Positions 24,563-38,528 of a stretch of 64,000 bases of DNA are shown piece by piece (position 1 is the stretch's first letter; every line of letters starts with the position of its first letter). The notes under the pieces are model-generated. The model was given only the letters and a program-made list of their open reading frames with translations. It ran no database searches and was not told where the DNA came from. Both the position numbers and the translations under genes were made by a program. This stretch comes from Camelus dromedarius (Eukaryota), in the NCBI RefSeq assembly GCF_036321535.1, contig NC_087447.1:38752001-38816000 (forward strand). Reading direction: 5' to 3'.

Positions 24563-27500
24563 ACTACATAGATCTCATTTTAATCCTTACAAAACCTTGT
24601 GAGGTAGGTGTTAAGTCCATTGTATAGATGAGCCAACAGAAGTTTAAATAGAACTAGATGACTTGTGTTAGGTCACATACATTCTAAGTGACAAGAGTTA
24701 GAATTTGAACCCCAAACTTTTCCACTATCTGCACATACTAGCTTTCAGTAACCCTCTGCATCTGCCCTTTTAAAAATTATGCTAATACTTTGTTCCATCT
24801 TTAGTTTTCCTACTTGTCACTTAGAATCACTATTGGCTATGTCTGCGTCTGTCTTCCTCCTGAGACTGTGAACCCCTGGACTTGACTCTTGTCTCTGTTC
24901 CCGTAGTACTCTCCCATAATCCCAGCATAGTCCCCTGTGCCTACCCCCAACACATGGTACACCTTCTTGAATGCACATGCCCTTCCTAGCCCACCTCCCC
25001 ACTTCTGGACCAGTCCTCCTCTGACAGCCTGGGCCCCAGGCTCCCTTCTTGCACACTCTGCTCCCAGCTTCTACCCATAACCAACCCCATCTGCAGCAGC
25101 ACAGGGCCCAGCTGCAGCCCCACGTTCTGGGTCTCAGCATCAACCTCCCATCATCGCCCCTGGACTCTCAGGTGCCCCCCAGGCTCTGCTAACAGCTTTG
25201 GCTTCCATCCCTATCTTGTGCTCACCTGCCTTGTGCTTTCTCTGTGCTCCCAGCTCACTTCCCAGCCAGAGGGGAAGAGAAGGTCTTGCTTGCTGTCTGT
25301 GGTGAACTACTCTTTCACCCCACTTGCCCCTGAGCACTCCCTTCCTGTGCCTGTGGCCAGAGCTGCAGTGCTAACCCCAAGGATATGCCAGTTAAAGTGA
25401 TTTTTCCATGGTTTTCATCTCAAGCCTGGAGAAGTGAACATCCCACAAGTCCTTCAGAGGAGGCCAGATGCAGAAGTGGGAAAGCCAGCTAGGAAGGATG
25501 CATTCATTTGACTCTAATCCTATTGATTGACATTTTTTACCTCAGACTTGATGGTTACACAGAGTTTACATTTACAATGGAATCCATCTCAGCAGCACTT
25601 ATTGGGTACCAGCTTTGTGCCTGGCGTGTGCAGGGCACTGGGACGACAGTGATTAAAAAGACCCAGTCCTTGCTCTTGGGAGCTCTCCTCCATCTGGTCC
25701 ATATTCAGATTGGTTCAAGTTCACTGTGGTGCTGGTATTCTTCTTACGCCTAACTATATTTTACTTATAGGTTTTTATTTTCAAAAATCCACTGGAGACC
25801 CGTGCCATCTGTATAGATTACCTTTTTCTAGCATTTAGCTCATTGCCATGGCCTGAAGGCAATTAATGTAAGCTCTTTGATGATATTGAACTTCAGGCAT
25901 TTTCTTTCAGTCATCCCAGTTGGTGTCTTAATGTGATAACAGGTTGATTTTTATGTGAGTCTTAATCACCTGTCAGATATTCAACTTGAAATTCAATTTC
26001 AGCTCTACCAACCGTATGACCTTGGGCAGGTTGTTAAACCTTTCTAAACCTCAGTTTCCTCATCTATTAAAAATAGGAATAATAAAATCAACTGCACAGG
26101 CTTGATGTGATCATTAAATTCAATAGAATTCCAGCCAAAAGGAATTCACCTCTAGCATTCCATTCTGTTATTTTTTCTTTTTTTTTCATCATGTACTATG
26201 GTCTGGATTCTGTGCTAGTCCTTGGGAATACTAAGAGAATGATACACAGTCCCTGTCTCCCCTGAACTCCACAAACCAGTGGGCAGAGACAGATGTAGGC
26301 AAGTAGTTATGACACACACAGATCTCTAAGAGAAGTTCTTTAGGTACAGGAGGGAGGAAATAAATACTTATTAAGCTTTGACTATGTGAGTGTGAGGGAC
26401 CCTCAGGAAAGTCACTGGAGTGTGTATTTGTATATGTGTATCCAGGAACTCATTCTTATTTTGGACTTTGCCTTCTCCATGGCCAGGTTCCCTGGATGTG
26501 TGACTTTCTTGTAACAAGTACCAAAAAGCCAATCTTGATTCTTCTTCCCTCTGGAGCAACCGCATCCCGAAGAACAGCAGGGAATGCTGATGACTACTTA
26601 ACACATTCTGAAACCATCAGCCAAATCTGGGGCTGGATAAACATGCAGAGAAGGGCTCCCTGTTGACCATTCCCCTGAATGCTTTTCCCAGCTCTGCCGT
26701 CTCTCGCTGCCCAGTAACCCGTTGCCATGGGAGACAAGTGTACTTAGTGTGACAAGTCACACTGCACCCTGAGCCTCCCCAGTCCCATGTCAAGCTGACC
26801 CCAATGCACTGGCAACTCCCCCAAGTTATGGAAAACAGAACGTAATTATGTTGAAATGCATCACACATTTCTATGAGCTCTTCTCTTTCATAATCGTATT
26901 GCCTGTTCCCCTCCTTGTGGGAGCCTGGGGAGGAATGGATCTTGCCTGGCTGATGCCTCTGTGGATGCCTGGGTTGATTCCTTTGCTGTTACCTCCATCT
27001 CCTGGGTGTCAGGTTCCAAACCCACCCCAAAACAAGCCTGGGTGGGCCCCTTTCTTGATGAGACAAGAGACACTTAAGGAATACAAATCACTACACTGCA
27101 TGAGGCTCCCCAGCAGCGCTGGAGATGGAGGGAGAAGAGATAAGCAGAAGCCAGCCTTTAAGTCTTCAGTTGTTAATAGCAATGGAGAGAATTCAGGTAA
27201 AAGGGGGCAAACAGGCTTAGCTCTCTGTAATTTAGCCTAACTTTCTTTTTTTTCCAACAGAGACAAATTGCAACATTTGGCAGCCTTTATATCTCACATG
27301 CCCTTGTAATGGTTTGCTTATAGAGCTTATCATGGATAATAACAACAGCTAATATTGATTGAACACTAACTACAAGTCAAGTACCTGATGTATGTTTATT
27401 TCATTTAATGCTTACAGCAACTCTCTGAAGTAGGTACTTGGATTAGCCCCTCTTTACTGATTAGGCATTTGAGGTTTAGAAAGGGTGATTCTTTTGCCCA

Positions 27501-28049
27501 AGGTAATGTGGTGAGTTGGGGAAGCAGCATTCAAACCCAGGATGTCCAACTTCAAATGACACATTCTTAACTCTTGCAAGATATTATTGCTTGGGAAGAA
27601 GCCTGGGAGCGTGATACAGTGATAAAGACGACCCCACTCTGCCGCTTACCACCTGCATGACTTTGAGCAGGGTGCTTAAGTTTTCTATGAAATGAGGATA
27701 ATAATGCCTACCTCATATGGTAGCAGTAGTAGTCAAGGATTTAATATACATAAAACATTGAGTACTACGCTTGGCACAGAGTAAGGATTCAATACATGTT
27801 ATTTATTTTTATGAACAGTAAGTCCCGTGAAGTTAAGGCCCTCATCTTAGTCCTCTTTGAATCTTTATGCCCTGTACATAGCACGGTGCAAAGTACATAA
27901 CAGAAATGGATTCAACATTACTGGAGTAAATTAAGGATTAAACATTCTAGAAGATGATTATAATTAAACCTTATCTTTTATAAGTCCTTTGTCATTTACA
28001 AAATGCAGTCATTTAGTCTAACTCAGAGTCCAGTTTGTGTTTGAGTTAA

Positions 28050-29490
28050 AGAAAATTTGATCCAACAAATACACTCCTAGGTATGTACTCAAGAGAAATG
28101 GAGAAATGAAAACATATGTCCACACAAAAACTTGTCTATGATTGTTCATAGCAGCATTATTCATAATAGCCAAAAGGTGGAAATAACCAAACTGTTCATA
28201 TCAAAGGATGAATGGATAAACAAAATAGGGCATAACCATAAAATGGAATATCACTCAGCCATAAAAAGGAATGAAGTACTGTTGAATACTCCAACATGGA
28301 TGAACCTTGAAAACATGCTAAGTCAAAGAACCAGTCACTAAAGACCACACATTATAAAATTCTACATATATGGAATGTTTAGAAAAGGCAAATCTATAGA
28401 GACAGAAAGTAGAGCTAGGAGGATGAGGGTGTTGGGGAAAGTGATAACTTAAGGGTATGAAGTTTCTTTCGGTAGAATAAAATGTTCTTTTTTTTTTAAC
28501 ATTTTTTATTGATTTATAATCATTTTACAATGTTGTGTCAAATTCCAGTGTTCAGCACAATTTTTCAGTCATTCATGGACATATACACACTCATTGGCAC
28601 ATTTTTTTCTCTGTGAGTTATCATAACATTTTGTGTATATTTCCCTGTGCTATACAGTGTAATCTTGTTTATCTCTTCTACAATTTTGAAATCCCAGTCT
28701 ATCCCTTCCCACCCTCCACCCCACTGTTAACCACAAGTCTGTATTCTCTGTCTGTGAGTCTATTTCTGTCCTGTATTTATGCTTTGTTTTTGTTTGTTTG
28801 TTTCTTTGTTTGTTTTTGTTTTTGTTTTTTAGATTCCACATATGAGTGATCTCATATGGTATTTTTCTTTCTCTTTCTGGCTTACTTCACTTAGAATGAC
28901 ATTCTCCAGGAGCATCCATGTTGCTGCAAATGGCATTATGTTGTCAGTTTTTATGGCTGAGTAATATTCCATTGTATAAATATACCACATCTTCTTTATC
29001 CAGTCACCTGTTGATGGACATTTAGGCTGTTTCCATGTTTTGGCTATTGTAAATAGTGCTGCTATGAACATTGGGGTGCAGGTGTCATCCTGAAGTAGAT
29101 TTCCTTCTGGATACAAGCCCAGGAGTGGGATTCCTGGGTCATATGGTAAGTCTATTCCTAGTCTTTTGAGGAATCCCACACTGTTTTCCATAGTGGCTGC
29201 ACCAAACTGCATTCCCACCAGCAGTGTAGGAGGGTTCCCCTTTCCCCACAGCCTCTCCAGCATTTGTCATTTGTGGATTTTTGAATGACGGCCATTCTGA
29301 CTGGTGTGAAGTGATACCTCATTGTAGTTTTGATTTGCATTTCTCTGATAATTAGTGATATTGAGAATAAAATGTTCTTAAATTGATTGTGGTGATGGTG
29401 TGACTGTGAATATTCTAAAAACCATTGAATTATACATATTAAATGGGTAAATTGTATAGTATGAAGTTCTATCTCAATAAATAAAGCTGT
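28050..29490 (+). mobile_element. Older L1M(B)-type 3' end split by a young L1
   Basis: L1 ORF2 C-terminal remnant (TWMNLENML) and 3' UTR continuing after the nested insert. Confidence 0.8.
28490..29363 (-). mobile_element. Young camelid L1, 5'-truncated
   Basis: Near-intact ORF2 C-terminus ([23 protein letters not shown]...). 16-bp TSD AGAATAAAATGTTCTT at 28474-28489 and 29364-29379. Confidence 0.95.
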
Positions 29491-32400
29491 TACCACTCCC
29501 TCCCAAAAAGTCGATACAGTGGTAAGTCTCCAAATCAGAAGCTCAACACCACTGAGTTCTGTGACCTTACCCGATTTCCTGTTCTGCCCTTGCATGGACT
29601 CAGGCAGCCTCGGCCACCTGCACAACACACATCCTCACCAAGGGGACCAAATGGAGATGAAAAGACCAATCACTTGTGATTGTTCAAGGTAATATTGGAA
29701 AAATCAACTTAATGATTATTCTTGTATTCCAGTCCAGCACAATGCTTCTTTTTAATTTTGTCTCCTGTCTAGCCCTGTTGGATAGGACAAAAAGCTGGTG
29801 AGCTGCTCAATCCAATGCAGAAATGCGAGGTATAAAATGAAGCTGCAGCAACAGCCTAGTCTTTATCAAAATTAAATGCAAGCTCCAAAGCTGGACATCA
29901 AGGCTAAAAAGTTTCAAGATCAAGTCTATTAAACGTTTGCAAGTCACTTCCCTTCATAATCTTGTCTCAGAAACAAATAAAAGCCCAATGGTCTGGCATA
30001 CTCACTGCATCCTTTGTATTAATGATGTTTTTCAAAACTTAAGCAAATTGCTGATGGAAAAGAGAGAAGTCAGGATTCTAATTAAGCTGCCCCAGTTTGA
30101 AACGTTGTAGAAGATTGCCAACAGGATTCCAAAATCTATAGGTATTTGAAAGTGAAGGCAGAGGAGAATTGATGTTTGGAATTCATGAGAGTTGCTGGGA
30201 AGGTGTGCCATTATGACTGAGACTGAAACGAAATTTTATCACTTGGAAATCTTGTCCTTTGTGCTACTTTTCACCAATGACGCTATAGATAGATTAACAA
30301 GGGAAATTCCTTAAGCAGAAGGCAAAAAGGAAAAATTACACTTTCCCTTTTGCTGATAAACTTATTACTGTTAATTCAAACTCAAATAAATATTTATTTA
30401 GGTAGTGGTGTTGAGGAGATTTACAGATGAAATGTTGGTTTCACTAAATGAGTATTGACTTTTGTTTAGTGTGCTCAGCTCCTCACATTTCAGTTTATTT
30501 AATCCCTGCAGCTACCCCCTGAGGTTGGTACTATGTATTACTATTGCTGCTGTTGTTAAATTTTGCAGATGAAGAAAAGTTAAGACACAGAGAAGTTCAG
30601 TAACTTGCCCTGGGTCACACACCTAGCATAAATGTTAGAGATGAGATTTAAACCCTGTCTGACTCCAGAGCCATGTTCTTAATCACTGTCCTATTCGGTC
30701 TCTCCAATAACCTGACAGTTGTTAATTTTACTCTTGATGCTTCTACTGTGAAGAGTTGAACAGGTTAGAACATTTTAAAGAAATACAATTGTCCACAGTA
30801 ATATCATTCTATTTAATATATATTACCATTTTCTTGACTTAGTACACGTGTGTTGGGTAGCTTCTGTATGGAAGTGGGTGCCTTAGCCAGCTATGTGGTG
30901 ATGTATGCCTCAGGGACTTTGCATATGCGATTCCCTTGCCCAGCCTGCCCTGCCCACCCCTCAACCACATTACTAGCCAACGTCTACTCAGTCTTCACAT
31001 GTCAACCTAAAATACCACTGCCCAGATGAGTTCTTCTTGACCTCACTCACTCCTCTGTCACATATGCACTTACCCTCTTATTTTTTTCCTTTGGAACACT
31101 TTTCAAGCTTGTAATCAAATACATCTCCCCTGCTAGAAGGCAAGTTCCATAAGGGCAGGACTAGTAGCTTGTTCACCACTTCACCAGTTTTTCCTGTGCT
31201 TCCCAGAGAACTTGCTGTGCTTCATTAACGTGTGAACAACAAATGAACAAAGGAATAATGAGAGCAATGACTGTGCCCTTGGTTGCTTATATTTTGGTAG
31301 TGTTATATACAAGCACGTGTCTACAAGGGGGCACAAAGGGGTTTAGAAGGAGAAGGAGCTCATCAGAGAAGGGGCTCATCAAGGCCATGACACTTGAGCT
31401 GGCCCTGGGAGGATGGGCTGACATCTCAGATGGAGAAAAGCCAAGCGCAAAGCTCGGAGCCTGGCAAGCACAGCCCACTAAGTAAATTACTGTGATGTAT
31501 TATACTTATTTAGAGAATAAAGTAAGAAAAGAGTGAACCAGCAAATGTTGCTTTCCTTTCCCCTGAAAGCATTTAGGTATAGACCATCCTTGGGGGCCAA
31601 AGGGCAAATTAATTGCTTAGCTTGAAGATAGCTGTCTTCACACACTGATGGAAATTATAAAAGCCAAGATGCAAGATATAACTTGTGGCTTTGACCCAGA
31701 TACCATCCATCACTGAGCAGGAAAATAAAAGAGCCACGAATTCCCGACAAGAGACGGGTAAGATATTCCCTTTGTTCCTCTGCCTCCCGGTTTCCCTATT
31801 CCCAGTGAGGAGCATGAGGTTGCAGAATTTCTCAGCCAAGTCGTGAAGAGTCTCTTAAAAACCGGTCCATCACTTTTTAAGCTCAAAATCAATAGAGGAT
31901 CAATAGATTGGACTCCATAAAAATTAAAAACTACTCTATGTCAAAACCCACACAACTTAAATGAAGGACAGACAGTACATTGAGAAAAACATTCGCTATT
32001 ACCCTGATGGCAAATCCAGTGCAGTCCAACATACACCAGCTGTGCACTCCCATATAAGCAGAGTATTGGCGCCAGGGCACTCCAGAGAGCAGTAAGACAG
32101 TTTTGGTTTTCATGGGGTTCTGTCTGGAGGATGGGATGTACCAGAGGACCATTCCTATGTGCTGTTGTATCAGCACAAGAAGCTCTGAGGAAAGAGGAAG
32201 GATGGACACCTAGTGCAGCCTGAGGATCATGAAACGCTTCCTGAAGGTGGACCTCGGATGGATGAAAGTGGAAGAGAACCTGCCCAAGGCAACGAGGAGG
32301 AGAGGGAGAGGGTGCTTAAAGCAATGAGAAAAATGGGTGAAGGCGTGGAGACGTGAAATATCCTGATGTGTGTGTGTGCATGTTGGGGGTGGTTACAAAT

Positions 32401-32539
32401 CCCTCAGGGTTCTGGAATAAAATGCAATGTTGAGAGTATTGGGGATGAGACTAGGTGGATAAACAGGGATTACTTTATCAAAGTTTTACTTTATCCTATA
32501 GCTGACTGGGAGCCATTGAAGTATGTAACACAGGCCCGG

Positions 32540-32887
32540 ACAGGGGGATTTTAAAGCCAATCTTACAAGGCAAGGAATTAGTTAGGATTGGGTAGAATTT
32601 TATGGCATAATAGCTTTAAATCAGTGAGTGCAGCTGGGTTACGATTTCGAAGTGAGTTTTGAGCATGCTCTTTTAGCTCTTGGTTTTGATGATTTAACTG
32701 TTGGGTGGATTTACAGCCTCATCTTGCAGGAGTTAGTATTTCCTGGAGCAAGCAACTGAGTTCTGTTTGCTTGGTCTTCTGGGCTTAGTATTGTTGATCA
32801 CAGGCAGGAGAGAGAGTGCTGACCCCAGCGCTGTTTAACACAGGGGTAGGAAATTAGGTTGGTTTCAGTGCAGAAACCTACTCAACA
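32540..32887 (-). mobile_element. Probable old ERV LTR remnant
   Basis: LTR-like text ending ...ctactcaaca. Family not recognised. Confidence 0.35.
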
Positions 32888-34800
32888 CTTTCTTGCTTTA
32901 ACACCTGACTCCCAACGCACCCCACCCCCTTCATGATGTTTTTGGGTGAATAAATCTGATTTTTCATAAAAATGCATTTGGGAAATGGGTTTATTGTGAC
33001 CTGGGATAGCCTGGTTGTGTGGAATAAATGGATTCTAGAATTAGACCAACATCTCTGGGTAGAGGCGCAAGACTTCCTACATTGTAGGTGAGGTGCGAGT
33101 TTACATGTGTAGGGAGCTAAAGAAGAAGAGGGCGAATCTGGAGGGACCGAGAGGAGGGCCGATCTCAAGATAAAGGGAGTAAACTGGCACCTTGGGGAGA
33201 CATAATGGGATCTTCTAGGAGGGGTTTAACTTTTTTGTTGTTCTTTTTCGTAGACCATCTAAGTCACTTCTGGTGTGCTACTGAACATTTTCTTCTTTAT
33301 CGAGGTAACTTGTGGACATTCCAGTATGGAGCTTTGAGAGTGAGGTGTTAGGAATGAGAGGTTGGAGCTGTAAAGAAAAGGCTGACTTTGTAACATGATC
33401 CAACCACGGATGCCAGGGTAGGATGGTGGCATGAATAAAGGAGGAAAACGACCAGAACATCAGCAGAGATGGGGGAGGCAGGAGGTGTGTACCAGGTCCA
33501 AACAGCTGCCACACAAGCCAAGAACATTCTCCTCCCATTTTCCCAAATATGTTAGAGGAAGGCCGCCCTTGATGAAAGTGGCTGACACTTGGGTTGCCTT
33601 TGTGTCACTGGAAAAAATAAATAATTTGAAAACCAAAAAGAGATCTTTAAACAAAAGACTTATTCTACTTCTCCATATATTTTACGCAGGGAAATGGAAA
33701 TGACTAGATTAAAATAAGCAAGAATAGCCCACAAGATTCCTAACTGGTAAAGGAAGAAGCTCATTTAATTGGTGGCTGTCTCGAGTAATATGCCCTGGAA
33801 AGTGTATATAAAGTAGCACACAGAATAAGAAAAATAACCAAGGAAATAAGGAAGCAGTCAAGAAAAGTTCCATAAATTAAATCATAGTTTGAAAGGATAA
33901 AGTCATGCTAACACTCATTACCATATTTTAATTTCATGGTGATTAAAATTATAATATAGCATGTATTACCACTTAATTGATCTGCCAACATCAAGTATTT
34001 GCAAGTTTCTTTTTGTTCTCTGAAGTCATAAACTATCTATTCTTTGCTTCATAATTTTGGAGGTAATTTCAAACCATAAATATTTCTCTTTATTAAAATT
34101 CTTAGGAAATTAGAGCCTCGATAGCTACTTATTTATATCTACTTTGGCAAGAGGCCAGGAAATTCATTTTCTTATATTTTGAATCCTACAAAATTAAAGT
34201 GCTAAAGAATATTATCTATTAATCTTCATGCTTCATTTTAAGACAGTTTTACAGTTTAATAGCAATGTTCAGATATCCAAGGGTGACTAGCTAAGCTGTG
34301 TCCCTTTAAAATGGGGTGTTTTTCTCTGATAGAAAGCCTTCCCTTGCTAGGATGCAGACCCACCTCACTGCCAAGCCTTGTTCCTTTTCAGCATCTGATC
34401 AGCTTGCCCACGACTAGGTTGTCCCCTGGAGATGCTGATCTAAGGACACCTGACAATTTTCAGGGCCTTCACTCCACGTGGGTATGCCTACCTCACACGC
34501 ACCCCTTGCACAAGATGATGTCCTTGTGCTGACCATTTGCTGCAGTCTGCCCTGACCCCTCAGGTCAGGATGCTGCCCACTCCAGCTGGATTTAGTGCAC
34601 CCCTCATCAGTGCATCTGTGCTGGCCACCCTGGTTCTGATGGAGTGAACAGGGCACATAGGTCACTGTGGAGTCTCATGAGCCTCTTTATATAATGATAA
34701 ATTTGGAAAATTGCAAAACCTTCCAGAGACAATACTTTCCTAATGATTCCTGTCAGATTAACTACCTGGCATAGCTCCCTGTCAAAATAAGACAGGACAT

Positions 34801-34864
34801 GGTGGGGAGGGTATAGCTCAGTGGTAGAGCACATGCTAGGGTTCAATCCCCAGTACCTCCATTA
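34801..34864 (+). mobile_element. Internally deleted camelid tRNA-derived SINE
   Basis: GGGGAGGGTATAGCTCAGTGGTAGAGCACATGCT joined to AGGGTTCAATCCCCAGTACCTCC. TSD AAAATAAGA(C/A)AGGACAT at 34784-34800 and 34865-34881. Confidence 0.85.
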
Positions 34865-36994
34865 AAAATAAGAAAGGACATATTTTCAAAAGTCAGGTGC
34901 TGTCCTTTGTGCATTCAAGTCCTGGTATGCATACATGTGTGTACATAATGTGCGTGTGCAGACTGATAACAATGACAAACAGATTCAATATCCAAATCCT
35001 AAAATTTATTGGCACTTATTCTACATCCATGTCCTCCAATACCATTATTCTCATTTACCATTTCACTTATAAAACTAGTCATTACAGTTAGTTCTCATAC
35101 TTAGCAAAATGTTTAGACTAAGGCTGGCCAAATATTTTAAGCCAACTGGAGGTGGAGAAATGCTTTGTAGAGATCTTTGGCATCAACTATCTGGAGATTA
35201 AAAAAAAAAAAGAGGCAACAGAACAGCCTGTTTTACAACATCACAAGCTATGAGCAAATAAATCTACTTTCAATGCTGAGCCTCAGTATGAGTTTGATCA
35301 CTCCCCCTGACATTTAAAAAAAATCTGGCTCTGATGGGATTTATAACTGAGTACACATAAAACTCATACATGCGAACGCCAACCCTGGTTACACAGCTAT
35401 CAGGGAATGTATGATTGTAAGAAACAGAAACCCATTCAAAATGACACAAACCCCAAAGGAGAGCTTATTGAAAGCAGACAGGGGATACCTTTCAGTTCCC
35501 AGGGGAACAAAGTGTAGTCAGCAGGTCAAATGAAGGTCGGGACCAGAGGTTAAGGACTGCATGGTCCCTCAAGTCTTGCCTGTACTGCCCAGCTCTCGTC
35601 GGCCCATGAGCAGAGCTCTAGCTCCACTTCAACTGAACTCCAAATTTCAGCATCTCAGTCTCTGAGTCTCTTAATTCAAGTGAGAGGGAAAAATAACTGA
35701 ATTGGTCACTGGCCAGCCAATGGACTGGACCCTCCTGGGCCCATGTGGCTCAGAACTTTGGGTGGGACAGTTTTAGATGGAGTGGCATCTCAACAACATT
35801 GATCAATGTCTCTGTAAAAAGCACAACCTCTGGTCAAGAGTAGTTCCACAGCATCCCACTTCAGGTACTTACGGGGGAAAGAGTAACAGGAGCCGTATCG
35901 AGAGGTTCAGGTATTTCCCAGAGGGCCAGTGGGAAGGGTATATTTTAGGAAAAGGCTTGGGAGAGTCTGTGTTTGGGCCTGGGATTAGAAAATGTCAAGA
36001 CTGCAGAGAACAATTCTGGTTTTGGGGTAAGGGTAACTGGACGCACCCATGTAAGACTCTGAAAAGTGAGAAATGACCAGGTTAAGGTCATACACCAAAA
36101 GGACAGACATGGGGAGAAGAGAAAGGAATCAAGTAAAAGGTTACCTATATCATCATTTCAGCAGAGACATGCATTCTCCTATTTAATCCCTTCAAACACA
36201 ACTACCACTCAATTAGAGGAGACACAGAGAGGTAATTACAGCTCCAACCTGTGGAGTCCAAATGCCTGGGTTCAAATTACAGTGTTGCCACTGACTAGTG
36301 TTAGAATTTTGGGCTCGTTGTTTTTGTCACACGTGAATTCCTCATCAGCAAAATCCCAACCGATGATTCGCTCCTGCTCAACTGCCCACCCTGGGGTGAA
36401 TCAAGCTTCAGATAGAAGGGAGAAAAGAGGAAAGAAAGGGAACTAACTTTTGCTGAGTCATCTAATTAGGAGCCAAAGCCTGTATATCTGTTTTTGCAAC
36501 TTGGTACATTCTCAAATCTGCAGATAAACTATGAGATCTTAGCTGTGTCTCTCTACCTCCATTCCCCCAGCTCCTCCAGTTACTCTCATTGTTTACTCGG
36601 CAGCTCAGGGGACTATTCTAGCAGTGTTGATTGGATCTTGCCTCTGTTTTAGGTTTGGTGGATCCTCATCTCCAAGGTCAAATCCTCACACTTGAGTTAG
36701 GCACGTGCGGTCCTTTGCAACAGCCCCAGCCTGCTTTGCTTTCCTCACATTGTGGTCTCTGTCCCCTCCACCCTGCCCTTCTTCCAGCCATCCCAGAAGG
36801 CTTTTCTCAATGGCATTGCTCTCATACCTCCATTTTCATGTTTTCACACCTACAACTCTCTTTGCATTGATTGTTCTCTCTTCTTTGGTTAAAGTTCATC
36901 AGTTATTCAAGATCAAGATCAAATATCCATGAATTCATCAGGCCATCAGTTGCGTCCTCCTAACACTCCAAGTGTACCTCTATTATAGCACATA

Positions 36995-37120
36995 CAGTTA
37001 GTCATCATATCCATGGGAGGATTGGTTCCAGGACCCCCACCCGCCATGGATACTAAAATCCACACATGCTTAAGTCCCTAAAAGGGCCCTCCAAATCCAC
37101 AGAATCTGCACGGTGGACTG
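36995..37120. mobile_element. MER2/Tigger2-type TcMar MITE
   Basis: TA|CAGT...ACTG|TA ends and internal ggattggttccaggacccc...ggatactaaaatccac. Confidence 0.7.
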
Positions 37121-37357
37121 TATAGTATTATATGTGCATTATATTCATCCTTTTATATGGCTGTCTTTCTCAGCAGTATATGAGGATCTAGCAGAAGGGA
37201 GAGCCTGAGGTATTTTTCATTCCTGCATCTCCAGGACCTAGCACAGTTCCTGGTCTAGGGTAGGCTTCTCATCACTGCTTGTTGAATATGATCACTGGAG
37301 ATTTCACACTCATCATCTGTCTTAAATTGGTATTTTGCAAGGATTTTATTCCACTCC

Positions 37358-38064
37358 TTTTACTCAGTCCAAGCTTGCACTGCTTGCTGTGTGACAGACA
37401 AGCCAATAAATTGAGAAACAAGTTGTTGAGGTAGGAACAGCCACTTTATTCAGAAAGCCACTAGGCTGAGAAGATGGTGGTCTAGTGTTCTAAAGAACCA
37501 TCTTTCTGGAGTTAGAATTCAGGCTTCTTCTTCTTCTTTTTGTTTTGCATTCTTTTTAATTGAAGTATAGTCAGTTTACAATGTTGTATCAATTTCTGGT
37601 GTACAGCATAATGTTTCAGTCATACACATACTTACATATATTTGTTTTCATGTTTTTTCATTATAGGTTACCATAAGATATTGAATATAGTTCCCTGTGC
37701 TATACAGTATAAACCTGTTATTTATGTATTTTATATATAGTAGTTAGTATGTGCAAATATATGTGCAAATGAATTCAGGCTTCTTTTATACTAAAAGGGG
37801 AAGGGATAAAGTCCTGGTTCTGGCCAGACTTTGGAGGGAATGTGTTTAATTTCTTCCTTCCTGCAGCCATTCACAGATGAGCCTGGTCAGGATGTTTGCT
37901 GTGAGCTAAACAAAGGTATTTTAGCTTAACACTCATTACCTGGGAGTCAGAGTTCCCAGAGATGGGCCACTGTGTATAATTTAAGCTTGTAGGTAACATC
38001 CCTTTAGTGATTAACTTGTAATAGAATTAACGTTTAATAGAATGCAAAGTTCTTCCCTATTACA
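37358..38064 (-). mobile_element. 3' LTR of the provirus, interrupted by an L1 fragment
   Basis: Aligns with 41300-41731 and starts TGTAATAGGGAAGAAC on the minus strand. Confidence 0.9.
37530..37770 (-). mobile_element. L1 3' end inserted in the 3' LTR
   Basis: 15-bp TSD GAATTCAGGCTTCTT at 37515-37529 and 37771-37785. Absent from the 5' LTR. Confidence 0.9.
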
Positions 38065-38528
38065 ATTTCCCACTGTCAATTTTACCCAGGGCTCCTGTGG
38101 GGAAACTGGAATTGAGCACCACAAGTCCAAAGGAGCCCCTGTTCCTCTTCATTAGTCAGAGTGTTCCTCACTTTCTACCGTATGAGAGACTCTTGTCTTT
38201 CGTTTTGTTTTTCTTCTTATGTTTTAGCCTAGGGCAATCTTTTTTCCAATGTTCTTCCTCCTTACAGTAAGCACATCGTTCTCCCTCAGTTATAGAACTG
38301 TGGTTTAGCTCTTTCCAGGTGACGCCTTCCAGGAATCCAGGGCCACAGCCAGAGAAGTTGTGTTTGTTTCACATCTTCCTTCCGTGGTTTTCCCAGTTGC
38401 CAGTCGAACACTTCAAAAGCAATGTCTACCAATGGATAAGGGTTCATCCCAAATGCACCATTTAATTTTTGCAAATTTCTCCTGCTATCTGAGGTGCTTT
38501 GCCCTCCAAAAAGGTCAAATTTACCATT

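Noticed and set aside
29690..30420. Long stretch without recognisable repeats, possibly a conserved non-coding element
   Set aside because: No diagnostic motif or ORF. It cannot be supported without an alignment.
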